Shown: in pieces, positions 13,486-22,190 of the stretch | Position numbering within the stretch: the stretch's first letter is position 1 | Layout of the letters: every line of letters starts with the position of its first letter | Assembly: GCA_902567135.1 (NCBI GenBank) | Contig: CACFLO010000004.1 | Coordinates: forward strand, 1,023 to 65,022 | DNA length: 64,000 nucleotides | Source of the DNA: an uncultured Alphaproteobacteria bacterium | Lineage (GTDB): Bacteria > Pseudomonadota > Alphaproteobacteria > HIMB59 > GCA-002718135 | Direction of reading: 5' to 3' | The notes under the pieces: model-generated | Told to the model about the DNA's origin: nothing | Databases searched by the model: none | Seen by the model: the letters and a program-made list of their open reading frames with translations, nothing else | Translations under genes and position numbers: made by a program

Positions 13486-13914
13486 CTAATTTAAAATCTC
13501 CATACCCATTGAAACTGCAGAACCCTTAACCATATTAACAGCACCTTCTAAATTAACTGCATTTAAATCTTGCATTTTATCTTTTGCAATTTTTTCTATG
13601 TCAGCAATTGTAACTTTTCCAACAAGTGAACGTCCTGGGGTTGAATTACCTTTTTTAATTTTTGCTGCTTTTTTTAAATAATAACTTACTGGTGGAAGTT
13701 TAGTTATAAAATCAAAAGATCTATCTTTATATGCAGTTATTATTACTGGAACTGGAGCGCCTTTTTCTACATCTTTAGTTTTATCATTAAAAGCTTTGCA
13801 AAAGTCCATAATATTAAGACCTCTTTGACCTAAAGCAGGGCCTACTGGAGGAGATGGATTAGCTCCACCTGCAGGAATTTGAAGTTTAATTAATCCAAGT
13901 ACTTCTTTTGCCAT
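13486..13914 (-). CDS. rplK: 50S ribosomal protein L11
   Basis: 142 aa; [28 protein letters not shown]. Confidence 0.97.
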   Translation of the reverse strand: MAKEVLGLIKLQIPAGGANPSPPVGPALGQRGLNIMDFCKAFNDKTKDVEKGAPVPVIITAYKDRSFDFITKLPPVSYYLKKAAKIKKGNSTPGRSLVGKVTIADIEKIAKDKMQDLNAVNLEGAVNMVKGSAVSMGMEILN

Positions 13915-13932
13915 ATTTACTCCTACTCTATC

Positions 13933-14466
13933 TTATGCCTTCTCAACTTGTGAATACTCTAAATCTACGGGTGTAGATCTGCCAAATATAGAAACTGCAA
14001 CTCTTAATCTAGCTTTTTCTTCATCAATTTGCTCAATTTCTCCATTAAAGGATGCAAAAGGTCCATCAATAACCTTAACTTGCTCACCTACATCATACAT
14101 AACTGCTGGTCTAGATTTTTCAACTCCATCAATTACTTGTTCTGATATTCTTTTAGCTTCAGCATTGCTTATTGGAACTGGTTGACCTTTATTTCCTAGA
14201 AAACCAGATAATTTAGGAGTATTTTTAATTATGTGCCATGTGTCATCACTAAGATTCATTTTTATAAGTATATAACCAGGAAATATTTTCCTTTCAGTAT
14301 TTATTCTGACTCCTCTTTTTACTTCTACAATATTTTGAGTTGGGACTGATACTTCTTCAATTTGATCAGAAATACCAAGTTTACCTGCTTGATCCAAAAT
14401 ACTGTCAGCAACTTTTTTTTCATATCCTGAGTAAGCGTGAAGCACATACCATCTACATTTTATCAT
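13933..14466 (-). CDS. nusG: Transcription termination/antitermination factor NusG
   Basis: 177 aa; WYVLHAYSGYEKKV NGN domain and C-terminal KOW (GEQVKVIDGPFASFNGEI). Confidence 0.95.
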   Translation of the reverse strand: MIKCRWYVLHAYSGYEKKVADSILDQAGKLGISDQIEEVSVPTQNIVEVKRGVRINTERKIFPGYILIKMNLSDDTWHIIKNTPKLSGFLGNKGQPVPISNAEAKRISEQVIDGVEKSRPAVMYDVGEQVKVIDGPFASFNGEIEQIDEEKARLRVAVSIFGRSTPVDLEYSQVEKA

Positions 14467-14467
14467 C

Positions 14468-14677
14468 TTATATACCTGAGCCTATTTCTATAATTTTCTT
14501 AATTGAAAAAGACCAAACCTGGTCACTAAGAAGAAAAAAGATTGAAAATAAAAAAATCAACAAAATTACTATTAAAGAAGAAATAAGTGTATCCCTTCTT
14601 GAGGGCCAAGTAACTTTTTGTAATTCTTGCCTAACTTGTCTTACAAAAAGTGCAGGTGATGTTTTTTTATTTTCCAT
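14468..14677 (-). CDS. secE: Preprotein translocase subunit SecE
   Basis: 69 aa; VRQELQKVTWPSRRD followed by a single TM helix; canonical position upstream of nusG. Confidence 0.9.
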   Translation of the reverse strand: MENKKTSPALFVRQVRQELQKVTWPSRRDTLISSLIVILLIFLFSIFFLLSDQVWSFSIKKIIEIGSGI

Positions 14678-14696
14678 ATTTTATTCAATTAATTAT

Positions 14697-14772
14697 TGGC
14701 AGGAGTGGCAGGACTTGAACCCGCAGCCCCCGGTTTTGGAGACCGGTGCTCTACCAGTTGAGCTACACTCCT
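14697..14772 (-). tRNA. trnW: tRNA-Trp (CCA anticodon), CCA end encoded
   Basis: Reverse complement AGGAGTGTAGCTCAACTGGTAGAGCACCGGTCTCCAAAACCGG...GGTTCAAGTCCTGCCACTCCTGCCA folds as a cloverleaf with anticodon loop CTCCAAA. Confidence 0.93.
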
Positions 14773-14815
14773 AAAATTCAGATATAGCTAAAACTAATAG
14801 AGCGGTCTCAAATAC

Positions 14816-16006
14816 CTATTCAATAATTTCAGCTACAACTCCAGCACCAACAGTTCTACCACCTTCTCTAATTGCGAATTTTAAACCTTTATCCATAGCA
14901 ATTGGAGAAAGCAAGGTAACTTCCATTGTAATGTTATCTCCAGGCATAACCATTTCAGTTCCTTCTGGAAGTTTGATTGTGCCAGTTACATCTGTTGTTC
15001 TAAAATAGAACTGAGGTCTATAATTAGAGAAGAAAGGGGTATGTCTTCCACCTTCTTCTTTTTTAAGAACATAAGCTTCAGCTTTAAATTTAGTGTGAGG
15101 TTTGATAGATCCTGGTTTAGCTAAGACTTGACCTCTTTCAACCTCTTCTCTTTTAGTACCTCTAAGTAAAACACCTACGTTATCACCTGCTTCACCTGAG
15201 TCTAAAAGTTTTCTAAACATTTCTACACCAGTGCATGTGGTTTTTTGAGCTTCTCTTATTCCTAATATTTCAATTTCTTCACCAACCTTAACTTGTCCTT
15301 GTTCAATACGACCTGTTACAACAGTTCCTCTTCCAGATATTGAAAATACATCCTCTACTGGCATTAGAAATGGTTGGTCTATAGGTCTGGTTGGTTGAGG
15401 TATAGACTCATCAACAGCTTTCATAAGCTCAATAATTGAATTTTTTCCTATTTCATCATCTCTTCCTTCTAAAGCAGCTAGAGCAGATCCTTTAATGATT
15501 GGGATTTTATCACCAGGGAATTCATATGATGTAAGGAGTTCTCTAATTTCCATTTCAACTAAATCTATTAATTCTTTATCGTCAACTTGGTCAACTTTAT
15601 TCATGTAGACAACAAGAGCTGGAACACCCACTTGTCTTGCTAAAAGAATATGCTCTCTTGTTTGTGGCATTGGTCCATCAGCAGCATTAACAACAAGAAT
15701 TCCACCGTCCATCTGTGCAGCACCTGTAATCATATTCTTTACATAGTCGGCATGACCAGGACAATCTACGTGTGCATAGTGTCTTGCTTCAGTTTCATAT
15801 TCTACATGAGCTGTAGAAATTGTAATTCCACGTTCCCTTTCCTCAGGAGCTTTATCTATGTTTGCATAATCAGTAAACTCTGCTCCTCCAGCTTCTGCCA
15901 GAACTTTAGTTATTGCTGCAGTTAATGTAGTTTTACCGTGATCAACGTGTCCAACAGTACCGATATTACAATGCGGTTTATTTCTTTCAAATTTTGCTTT
16001 AGCCAT
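14816..16006 (-). CDS. tuf: Elongation factor Tu
   Basis: 396 aa; [27 protein letters not shown] motifs. Confidence 0.98.
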   Translation of the reverse strand: MAKAKFERNKPHCNIGTVGHVDHGKTTLTAAITKVLAEAGGAEFTDYANIDKAPEERERGITISTAHVEYETEARHYAHVDCPGHADYVKNMITGAAQMDGGILVVNAADGPMPQTREHILLARQVGVPALVVYMNKVDQVDDKELIDLVEMEIRELLTSYEFPGDKIPIIKGSALAALEGRDDEIGKNSIIELMKAVDESIPQPTRPIDQPFLMPVEDVFSISGRGTVVTGRIEQGQVKVGEEIEILGIREAQKTTCTGVEMFRKLLDSGEAGDNVGVLLRGTKREEVERGQVLAKPGSIKPHTKFKAEAYVLKKEEGGRHTPFFSNYRPQFYFRTTDVTGTIKLPEGTEMVMPGDNITMEVTLLSPIAMDKGLKFAIREGGRTVGAGVVAEIIE

Positions 16007-16036
16007 TTTTATTACCCCAGTATTAAATATTCATTT

Positions 16037-16110
16037 TGGAGCGGGTGAAGGGAATCGAACCCTCGTAGCCAGCTTGGAAGGCTGGAGCTTTACCACTAAG
16101 CTACACCCGC
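16037..16110 (-). tRNA. trnG: tRNA-Gly (TCC anticodon), CCA encoded
   Basis: Reverse complement GCGGGTGTAGCTTAGTGGTAAAGCTCCAGCCTTCCAAGCTGG...GGTTCGATTCCCTTCACCCGCTCCA. Confidence 0.92.
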
Positions 16111-16160
16111 TTTTGAAACCGACTCACTCACTCATTGCCTTTATTCCTACTCTCCAATTA

Positions 16161-16246
16161 TGGTGGAGGGGGTAGGATTCGAACCTACGTACGCTCACGC
16201 GGGCGGATTTACAGTCCGCTGCCTTTAACCACTCGACCACCCCTCC
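16161..16246 (-). tRNA. trnY: tRNA-Tyr (GTA anticodon), long variable arm, CCA encoded
   Basis: Reverse complement GGAGGGGTGGTCGAGTGGTTAAAGGCAGCGGACTGTAAATCCGC...GGTTCGAATCCTACCCCCTCCACCA. Confidence 0.92.
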
Positions 16247-16265
16247 AAACTTGAAGAAATGGCAC

Positions 16266-16292
16266 ATACTAATTAATTAGTATGATTGTCAA
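16266..16292 (-). promoter_or_regulatory. Candidate sigma70-type promoter for the tRNA-Tyr/tRNA-Gly/tuf unit
   Basis: Minus strand TTGACA (16292-16287), N15, TAGTAT (16271-16266). The -10 ends 19 nt before the tRNA-Tyr 5' end. The spacer and -10 are embedded in a perfect 20-bp palindrome. Confidence 0.35.
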
Positions 16293-16417
16293 TCTAAAAC
16301 AACTTACCGTCCACCCTAAGATTCAAATGTTCTTAAAAGCGCGCTCCTTTTAGACAAAAAATTGGAATTTGTATATATCTAGATTGTATTTAGTAGACAA
16401 ATCTGTGATAAATAAAA

Positions 16418-17182
16418 ATGTCAAAAAATAACTATCAAAAACCTAGCAATACTGGGAAAAAACAAATAATCTATGGATTACACGCAGTTAAAGCGGCATT
16501 ATTAAATGATAAAAGAAATCATTACGAACTTTTAATTACTGAAAATCATCAAAAATTAGCAGATAATTACAAATCAAAAATACAGAAAATTACATTTTTA
16601 AATCAAAAAGAATTTCAAAAAATGTATGGAAGTGAAAAATCTACACAAGGGATTATATTAAAAACAAATGATTTTGAAAGACCAAATCTTCAGCAATTTC
16701 TAAAAACTGAAAACCTAAATCATAAATCTGTTTTATTAGCCTTAGATAAAATAACTGATCCACAAAATATAGGATCAATAATGCGTTCATGTGCTTTGTT
16801 TAACTGCAAGGGAATAATAGTAGCTAAGGACAACGCGCCAGACCTTACTCCCTCTTTATACAAGGCTGCATCAGGAGCTGCAGAAATTGTAAACTATTTC
16901 AAAGTGACAAATTTAAAAAGAAGTATTTCAGAATTAAAAAAAACTGGTTATTGGGCTTATGGGTTTGACTCATCAAATTATGAGAATTCAAACAATATAA
17001 ATTTTTCAAAAAAATCAATATTGGTTTTTGGTTCAGAAGGTAAGGGTATAAGAGATCTAGTAAAAAAAGAATGTGATGAGATTATACAATTACAAATGCA
17101 AAAGAATACCCATTATCAAATTGATAGCTTGAATGTATCAAATGCAGCTTCAATTGCTCTTTACGAATTTTTTAAATCTTAA
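16418..17182 (+). CDS. rlmB: SpoU/TrmH-family RNA 2'-O-methyltransferase (RlmB-like, 23S rRNA Gm2251)
   Basis: 254 aa; N-terminal substrate-binding domain (IYGLHAVKAAL) and SpoU motifs DPQNIGSIMRS, LVFGSEGKGIR, LNVSNAASIALYE. Confidence 0.8.
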   Translation: MSKNNYQKPSNTGKKQIIYGLHAVKAALLNDKRNHYELLITENHQKLADNYKSKIQKITFLNQKEFQKMYGSEKSTQGIILKTNDFERPNLQQFLKTENLNHKSVLLALDKITDPQNIGSIMRSCALFNCKGIIVAKDNAPDLTPSLYKAASGAAEIVNYFKVTNLKRSISELKKTGYWAYGFDSSNYENSNNINFSKKSILVFGSEGKGIRDLVKKECDEIIQLQMQKNTHYQIDSLNVSNAASIALYEFFKS

Positions 17183-17199
17183 TTTATTATTTTTTAAAA

Positions 17200-17275
<76 letters not shown>

Positions 17276-17327
17276 ACTAAAATAGCCATTTACAATTAAA
17301 TTAAAAGTTCGACAAGTGATTTATAAT

Positions 17328-17447
17328 TTAAATTCCAGGAATATAAGGGACGCCATCACCTTTCACTTTTTCATTAATTTCTGAAATAGTTGAGCAAGCA
17401 GTTAATGGAGATATAACTAAAAAAAGTATTAATATTAATTTTCTCAT
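17328..17447 (-). CDS. Hypothetical 39-aa lipoprotein micro-ORF
   Basis: MRKLILILFLVISPLTACSTISEINEKVKGDGVPYIPGI has a signal peptide plus an LTAC lipobox. The ATG is 4 nt after the fdsA stop. Below the ORF-track size cutoff; found by hand translation. Confidence 0.35.
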   Translation of the reverse strand: MRKLILILFLVISPLTACSTISEINEKVKGDGVPYIPGI

Positions 17448-17451
17448 CTTT

Positions 17452-20208
17452 TTATTTTATCTTTTCTATTTTTGCAGCGCAATACTTAAATTCAGGAATT
17501 TTTCCATAGGGATCAAGAGCTGGATTAGTCAAAAGATTTGCAGCGGCTTCATTATAACAAAAAGGTATGAAAATTACACCTTCAGGAATTGCTCTATCCT
17601 CTCTTACTCTTATATTAACAGTCCCCCTTCTAGTTGAAACTTTTATCTTATCTCCTGGTTTCATATTTTTCTTTAAAATTTCATTGGGTGATATTGAAAC
17701 AGTTGCTTCAGGTTCTATTGCATCTAAATTAGAGGCTTTTCTTGTCATAGCTCCTGTGTGCCAATGCTCAAGCTGTCTTCCAGTAGTAAGAATCATTTCA
17801 AATTCATCATCAGGAATTTCATCTGGAGATGTAACACTTGCTGGAACAAATTTTCCTCTTCCAGACTCATTCGGAAATTTATCTCCAAATACTATTTCAT
17901 CACCAGGTGTAGTTGGAGAACTACTTGGATAAGTTACTGAATTTTCTTTTTCTAACCTATCCCACGAAATATTATTTAATGAAGGCATGGTATTTGACAT
18001 CTCTTCATAAATTTCTTTCGGATGTTTGTAATGCCAATCTAAGCCCATTCTTTTTCCTAATTCATTTGTAATCCACCAATCCTCTTTTGCTGCACCAGGT
18101 GCATCAAGAGCCTTGCGACCCATTTGAACTTGTCGATTTGTATTAGTAACAGTTCCATTTTTTTCAGGCCATGCTGAAGCAGGAAAAATTACATCTGCAT
18201 AAGTTGCAGTTTCAGTTAAAAAAATATCTTGAACTACCAAGTGATCTAGCATTTGAAGGGCTTCTCTTGCGTGATTAAGATCTGGATCAGACATTGCAGG
18301 ATTTTCTCCAAGTATATACATGCCCTTAATTGTGTTTTCATGAATGGCATCCATAATTTCAACAACTGTTAAGCCTTTTTTATCGTCTAAAGATGTGTTC
18401 CAAAATTTTTCAAAAAAATCTTTTTTGTCATCGTTTTCAACTAACTGATAGTCTGGGTACATCATTGGTATTAGTCCAGCATCAGAAGCTCCTTGCACAT
18501 TATTTTGACCGCGAAGAGGATGTAATCCAGAACCTCTTCTTCCAACATTCCCTGTCATCAATGCTAAGGATATCAAGCATCTTGCATTATCAGTTCCGTG
18601 AACATGCTGTGATATTCCCATTCCCCAAAAAATTATTCCCTTATTAGTATTTGCAAACAACCTTGCAACCTCTCGAATCATTTTTGCGTCTATACCAGTT
18701 TGTTCTTCCATCAATTCTGGTGGATAATTTTTTAAATGATCTTTTAGGCCAACAAAGCCTGACGTTTGTTTTTTGATGTATTCTTCATTATATAAATTTT
18801 CCTCAATTATGACATTCATTATGGAATTTAAGAGAGCAACATCTGATCCTGATTTAAATTGCAACATGTGTGTTGCGTGTTTTTTTAATGCATGACCTCT
18901 TGGATCCATTACAATTAGTTTCGATCCTTTCTTTGCTGCATTTTTAAAAAAAGTTGCAGCAACAGGATGATTTTCAGACGGGTTAGCGCCAATTACAATG
19001 ATGACCTCTGAATGTTCAACTTCGTAAAAAGGTGCAGTGACAGCGCCAGAACCGATAGTTTCAAGCAAAGCAGCAACAGATGATGCATGACAAAGACGCG
19101 TGCAATGATCAACGTTATTGGTGTTAAAGCCAGTTCGAATAAGTTTTTGAAAAAGATATGCTTCCTCATTTGAGCACTTAGCTGATCCAAAACCAGCAAG
19201 ATTGCTTTTTCCGTTTCTTTTCTTCTTAATTTCAAGAAATCCATTTGCTGCATAATTTAATGCTTCTTCCCAGTCAGCCTCTCTAAAATATTCATGTAAA
19301 TTTGAGAAATCAATATCTGGATGTAAATCTTTTTGTTTTCCCTTTATTCTTATTAAGGGTTTCGTTAATCTCTCTGGATTACTAACATAATCAAAGCCAA
19401 ACCTTCCTTTTACACAAAGTCTATTTTTGTTAGCTGGACCATCAATCCCATTTACATACTTTATATCATTATCTTTAACATTGTATTCAATTTGACATCC
19501 TACACCGCAATAAGGGCACACACTGTTTATCTTTTTATCTACATCACTTTGACCTATGCCTTCTTTGTTTACAACAGTTGCAGGCATTAATGCTCCTGTA
19601 GGACAAGCTTGTACACACTCCCCACAAGCTACACATGAACTATCTCCCATTGGATCATCAAAATCAAAAACTATTTTTGAGTTTTCTCCTCTGTATGCCA
19701 TTCCAATAACATCATTTACTTGAACTTCTCTACAAGCACGCACACAAAGGTTGCACTGAATGCAGGCATCTAAATTTACTGCCATACTCGGATGTGAAGT
19801 ATCCGATTGACAAGGAGTTTTTTTTGGGAATCTATTTTCTTTTAGATCAACTTTATCAATCCAATTCCAAAAATCAGAATTATTATCATGTGCAACTTCT
19901 CTTTCAGGTTGATCAGCTAATAATAATTCGAAAACTAATGATCTAGATTTTTTTGCTTTATCTGAAGCAGTTTGCACCTTCATATCAGTTGAAGGTTTTC
20001 TAATACATGAAGCTGCTAATACTCTTTCTCCTTCAATTTCAACCATACATGCTCTACAGTTTCCATCAGCTCTGTACCCAGGTTTGTTTGAATAACACAA
20101 ATGAGGAATTTCATTACCGAGTCTATTAGCTACCTGCCAGATTGTTTCATCTTTATTTGCCTCAACTAGCTTATCATTAAGATAAAACTTTATTTTTTTA
20201 TTACTCAT
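17452..20208 (-). CDS. fdsA: NAD-dependent formate dehydrogenase alpha (catalytic, bis-MGD, Fe-S) subunit
   Basis: 918 aa. Has an N-terminal 2Fe-2S fold (GNCRACMVEIEG), 4Fe-4S CxxCxxC clusters, a molybdopterin oxidoreductase domain and VDHCTRLCHASSVAAL, with Cys at the Sec/Cys metal-ligand position. Confidence 0.93.
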   Translation of the reverse strand: MSNKKIKFYLNDKLVEANKDETIWQVANRLGNEIPHLCYSNKPGYRADGNCRACMVEIEGERVLAASCIRKPSTDMKVQTASDKAKKSRSLVFELLLADQPEREVAHDNNSDFWNWIDKVDLKENRFPKKTPCQSDTSHPSMAVNLDACIQCNLCVRACREVQVNDVIGMAYRGENSKIVFDFDDPMGDSSCVACGECVQACPTGALMPATVVNKEGIGQSDVDKKINSVCPYCGVGCQIEYNVKDNDIKYVNGIDGPANKNRLCVKGRFGFDYVSNPERLTKPLIRIKGKQKDLHPDIDFSNLHEYFREADWEEALNYAANGFLEIKKKRNGKSNLAGFGSAKCSNEEAYLFQKLIRTGFNTNNVDHCTRLCHASSVAALLETIGSGAVTAPFYEVEHSEVIIVIGANPSENHPVAATFFKNAAKKGSKLIVMDPRGHALKKHATHMLQFKSGSDVALLNSIMNVIIEENLYNEEYIKKQTSGFVGLKDHLKNYPPELMEEQTGIDAKMIREVARLFANTNKGIIFWGMGISQHVHGTDNARCLISLALMTGNVGRRGSGLHPLRGQNNVQGASDAGLIPMMYPDYQLVENDDKKDFFEKFWNTSLDDKKGLTVVEIMDAIHENTIKGMYILGENPAMSDPDLNHAREALQMLDHLVVQDIFLTETATYADVIFPASAWPEKNGTVTNTNRQVQMGRKALDAPGAAKEDWWITNELGKRMGLDWHYKHPKEIYEEMSNTMPSLNNISWDRLEKENSVTYPSSSPTTPGDEIVFGDKFPNESGRGKFVPASVTSPDEIPDDEFEMILTTGRQLEHWHTGAMTRKASNLDAIEPEATVSISPNEILKKNMKPGDKIKVSTRRGTVNIRVREDRAIPEGVIFIPFCYNEAAANLLTNPALDPYGKIPEFKYCAAKIEKIK

Positions 20209-21904
20209 AATCTATCTCATTTGAAAAATATTTAAGAACTGAATTAAGTGGATTTGTAGCCGCTTGACCCAAACCACAAATTGAGGCCTGAGACATTACC
20301 TCTGATAAATCTTTAAGTTTTTCTTTATTCCAAATTTTTTCTTTCATCAGTTTCACTGTTTTTTCAGTTCCAACTCTGCATGGAGTACATTGTCCACAAC
20401 TTTCCTCTTCAAAAAATTTTAATAAGTTGAGAGCTACATCTTTCATGTCATCTTTATCAGACAAGATTATTATGGCTGCAGATCCTAAAAAACATCCTGA
20501 TTCAGTTAATTCTTTAGAACCATAATCTAGAGGAATATTATTCATTATAGAAGGTAAAATTCCTCCAGAGGCACCACCAGGAAGATACCCTTTAAAGACA
20601 TGATTGTCTTCCATCCCACCACAATAATCATCTATTAATTCTTGGATTGTAATACCTGCTGGAGCTACTTTAACGCCAGGATTTTTAACTCTTCCTGAGA
20701 CTGAAAAACTATGAAAACCTTTATTTCCATGAATTCCTTTATCTGCAAACCAATTTGGTCCTTTTTCTAATATATCTCTTATCCAAAATAGTGTTTCAAG
20801 ATTATTAGTTAGGGTGGGTGAATTAAATAATCCAACTTCTGCTACATAAGGTGGTCTATGTCTTGGGAGACCTCTTTTGCCCTCAATACTCTCAATCATT
20901 GCAGACTCTTCTCCGCATATATAAGCCCCAGCACCTCTTCTTAATACAATATGACCATGAGGAACAATCTCTTCTTTTTCCAACTTTAAAATTTCATCAT
21001 TCAATATTTTTATTACAGAAGGATACTCATCTCTCATATAAATATAAACATTAGATGCCTTAATAAATAAAGATGCAATTACTGCCCCTTCAAGAAATCT
21101 ATGAGGATCTTTTTCTAAATAAGTTCTATCTTTAAATGTTCCAGGCTCTCCTTCATCACCATTAACAGCTACATACTTTTTTCCACTATATTTAGAAACA
21201 ATTTCCCACTTTGTACCTGTAGGAAAGCCGGCCCCTCCCTTACCTTTTAAACCACTATCTTTGAGTAATGATATTATTTTATCGTTTGTTATTTGCCCCT
21301 CCTTAACTTGTTGTGCAATATTATATCCCCCATTTTTTTTATAATCTTCAAAAGAAATATAATTTGGTATAATCGTTTCAAATTTCTTATTTTTAATTAC
21401 ATCTTGTACAGAATTTACAGAAGCTTTATCGACATAGTTTTTGCCAACACAAACTGTTGGGGCCACATCACATCTACCCATGCAAGGACCAGGAACAACT
21501 TTAATATTTTTGTGTTCAATTTTCTTTAAGTCGTTAAGTAATTTTTGTGCACCAAATAATTCGCAGGTTAAGCTCTCACATACTCTTACTACTGTGAGCG
21601 GTTCAAAAGTTTCTGAATTTTTTACTATATTAAAATGTGCATAAAATGTTGCAACTTCATAAATTTCTGCAAGAGGTAAGTTAATTATTGTTGATAAGGC
21701 AACTAAGTGTTTGTCATATAAAACGCCAAAATTATCCTGCAAAATATGCAAATATTCAATTAGTTCATCTCTTTTAAAATTAGATCTCTTAAAAAGATTT
21801 AATACATCATCATAAAATTTATTTTCAGCTTGCCTACCTTTTGGCTGCCATCTTCTCTTCTTTTTCTTTAAAGAGCTATCAGTTTGAGAAATAAATTTAT
21901 CCAT
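20201..21904 (-). CDS. fdsB: Formate dehydrogenase diaphorase subunit, fused NuoE-like (FdsG) + NuoF-like (FdsB)
   Basis: 567 aa. The N-terminal ~150 aa is a NuoE/thioredoxin-like 2Fe-2S module (VCESLTCELFG...PCMGRCDVAP). The rest is NuoF-like, with the FMN/NADH site (GKGGAGFPTGTKW, NGDEGEPGTFKDR) and a 4Fe-4S site (ESCGQCTPCRVG). Confidence 0.9.
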   Translation of the reverse strand: MDKFISQTDSSLKKKKRRWQPKGRQAENKFYDDVLNLFKRSNFKRDELIEYLHILQDNFGVLYDKHLVALSTIINLPLAEIYEVATFYAHFNIVKNSETFEPLTVVRVCESLTCELFGAQKLLNDLKKIEHKNIKVVPGPCMGRCDVAPTVCVGKNYVDKASVNSVQDVIKNKKFETIIPNYISFEDYKKNGGYNIAQQVKEGQITNDKIISLLKDSGLKGKGGAGFPTGTKWEIVSKYSGKKYVAVNGDEGEPGTFKDRTYLEKDPHRFLEGAVIASLFIKASNVYIYMRDEYPSVIKILNDEILKLEKEEIVPHGHIVLRRGAGAYICGEESAMIESIEGKRGLPRHRPPYVAEVGLFNSPTLTNNLETLFWIRDILEKGPNWFADKGIHGNKGFHSFSVSGRVKNPGVKVAPAGITIQELIDDYCGGMEDNHVFKGYLPGGASGGILPSIMNNIPLDYGSKELTESGCFLGSAAIIILSDKDDMKDVALNLLKFFEEESCGQCTPCRVGTEKTVKLMKEKIWNKEKLKDLSEVMSQASICGLGQAATNPLNSVLKYFSNEIDYE

Positions 21905-21944
21905 TTAAATTGAATTATTAATATATATTTTGTATCAGATTAAA

Positions 21945-22190
21945 ATGAAAGATTCAGTTGAAAATGATGAAATAGTTCTTGATACTAGTGGCACAGAATG
22001 CCCAATCCCGGTACTTAAAGCAAGAAAGCTTGCACAAGAACTAAAGAATAGCATAGTAATAAAGATAATAGCCACAGACCCTCTTGCTATTGCTGATTTT
22101 GAGCACTATTGCACTCAATCAGGTTATGAATTTCTTGAAAGTTATAACGAAAGTGAAAAAATTATAATTAAATATAAATTTAAAATTTAA
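21945..22190 (+). CDS. TusA/SirA-family sulfur-carrier protein
   Basis: 81 aa from the ATG at 21945 (the track's TTG at 21930 is less likely). DTSGTECPIPVLKARK contains the CPxP active-site motif. Confidence 0.8.
   Translation: MKDSVENDEIVLDTSGTECPIPVLKARKLAQELKNSIVIKIIATDPLAIADFEHYCTQSGYEFLESYNESEKIIIKYKFKI

Noticed and set aside
14340-14774. 144-aa plus-strand ORF spanning the nusG start, secE and tRNA-Trp.
   Set aside because: It runs antisense through two conserved genes and a tRNA. Its C-terminal part is simply the reverse complement of the tRNA.
17452-20208. Possible selenocysteine (in-frame TGA plus a SECIS element) in the formate dehydrogenase catalytic subunit.
   Set aside because: The ORF is uninterrupted, and the metal-ligand position reads Cys (TRLC-HASSVAAL). 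No in-frame TGA recoding is needed.
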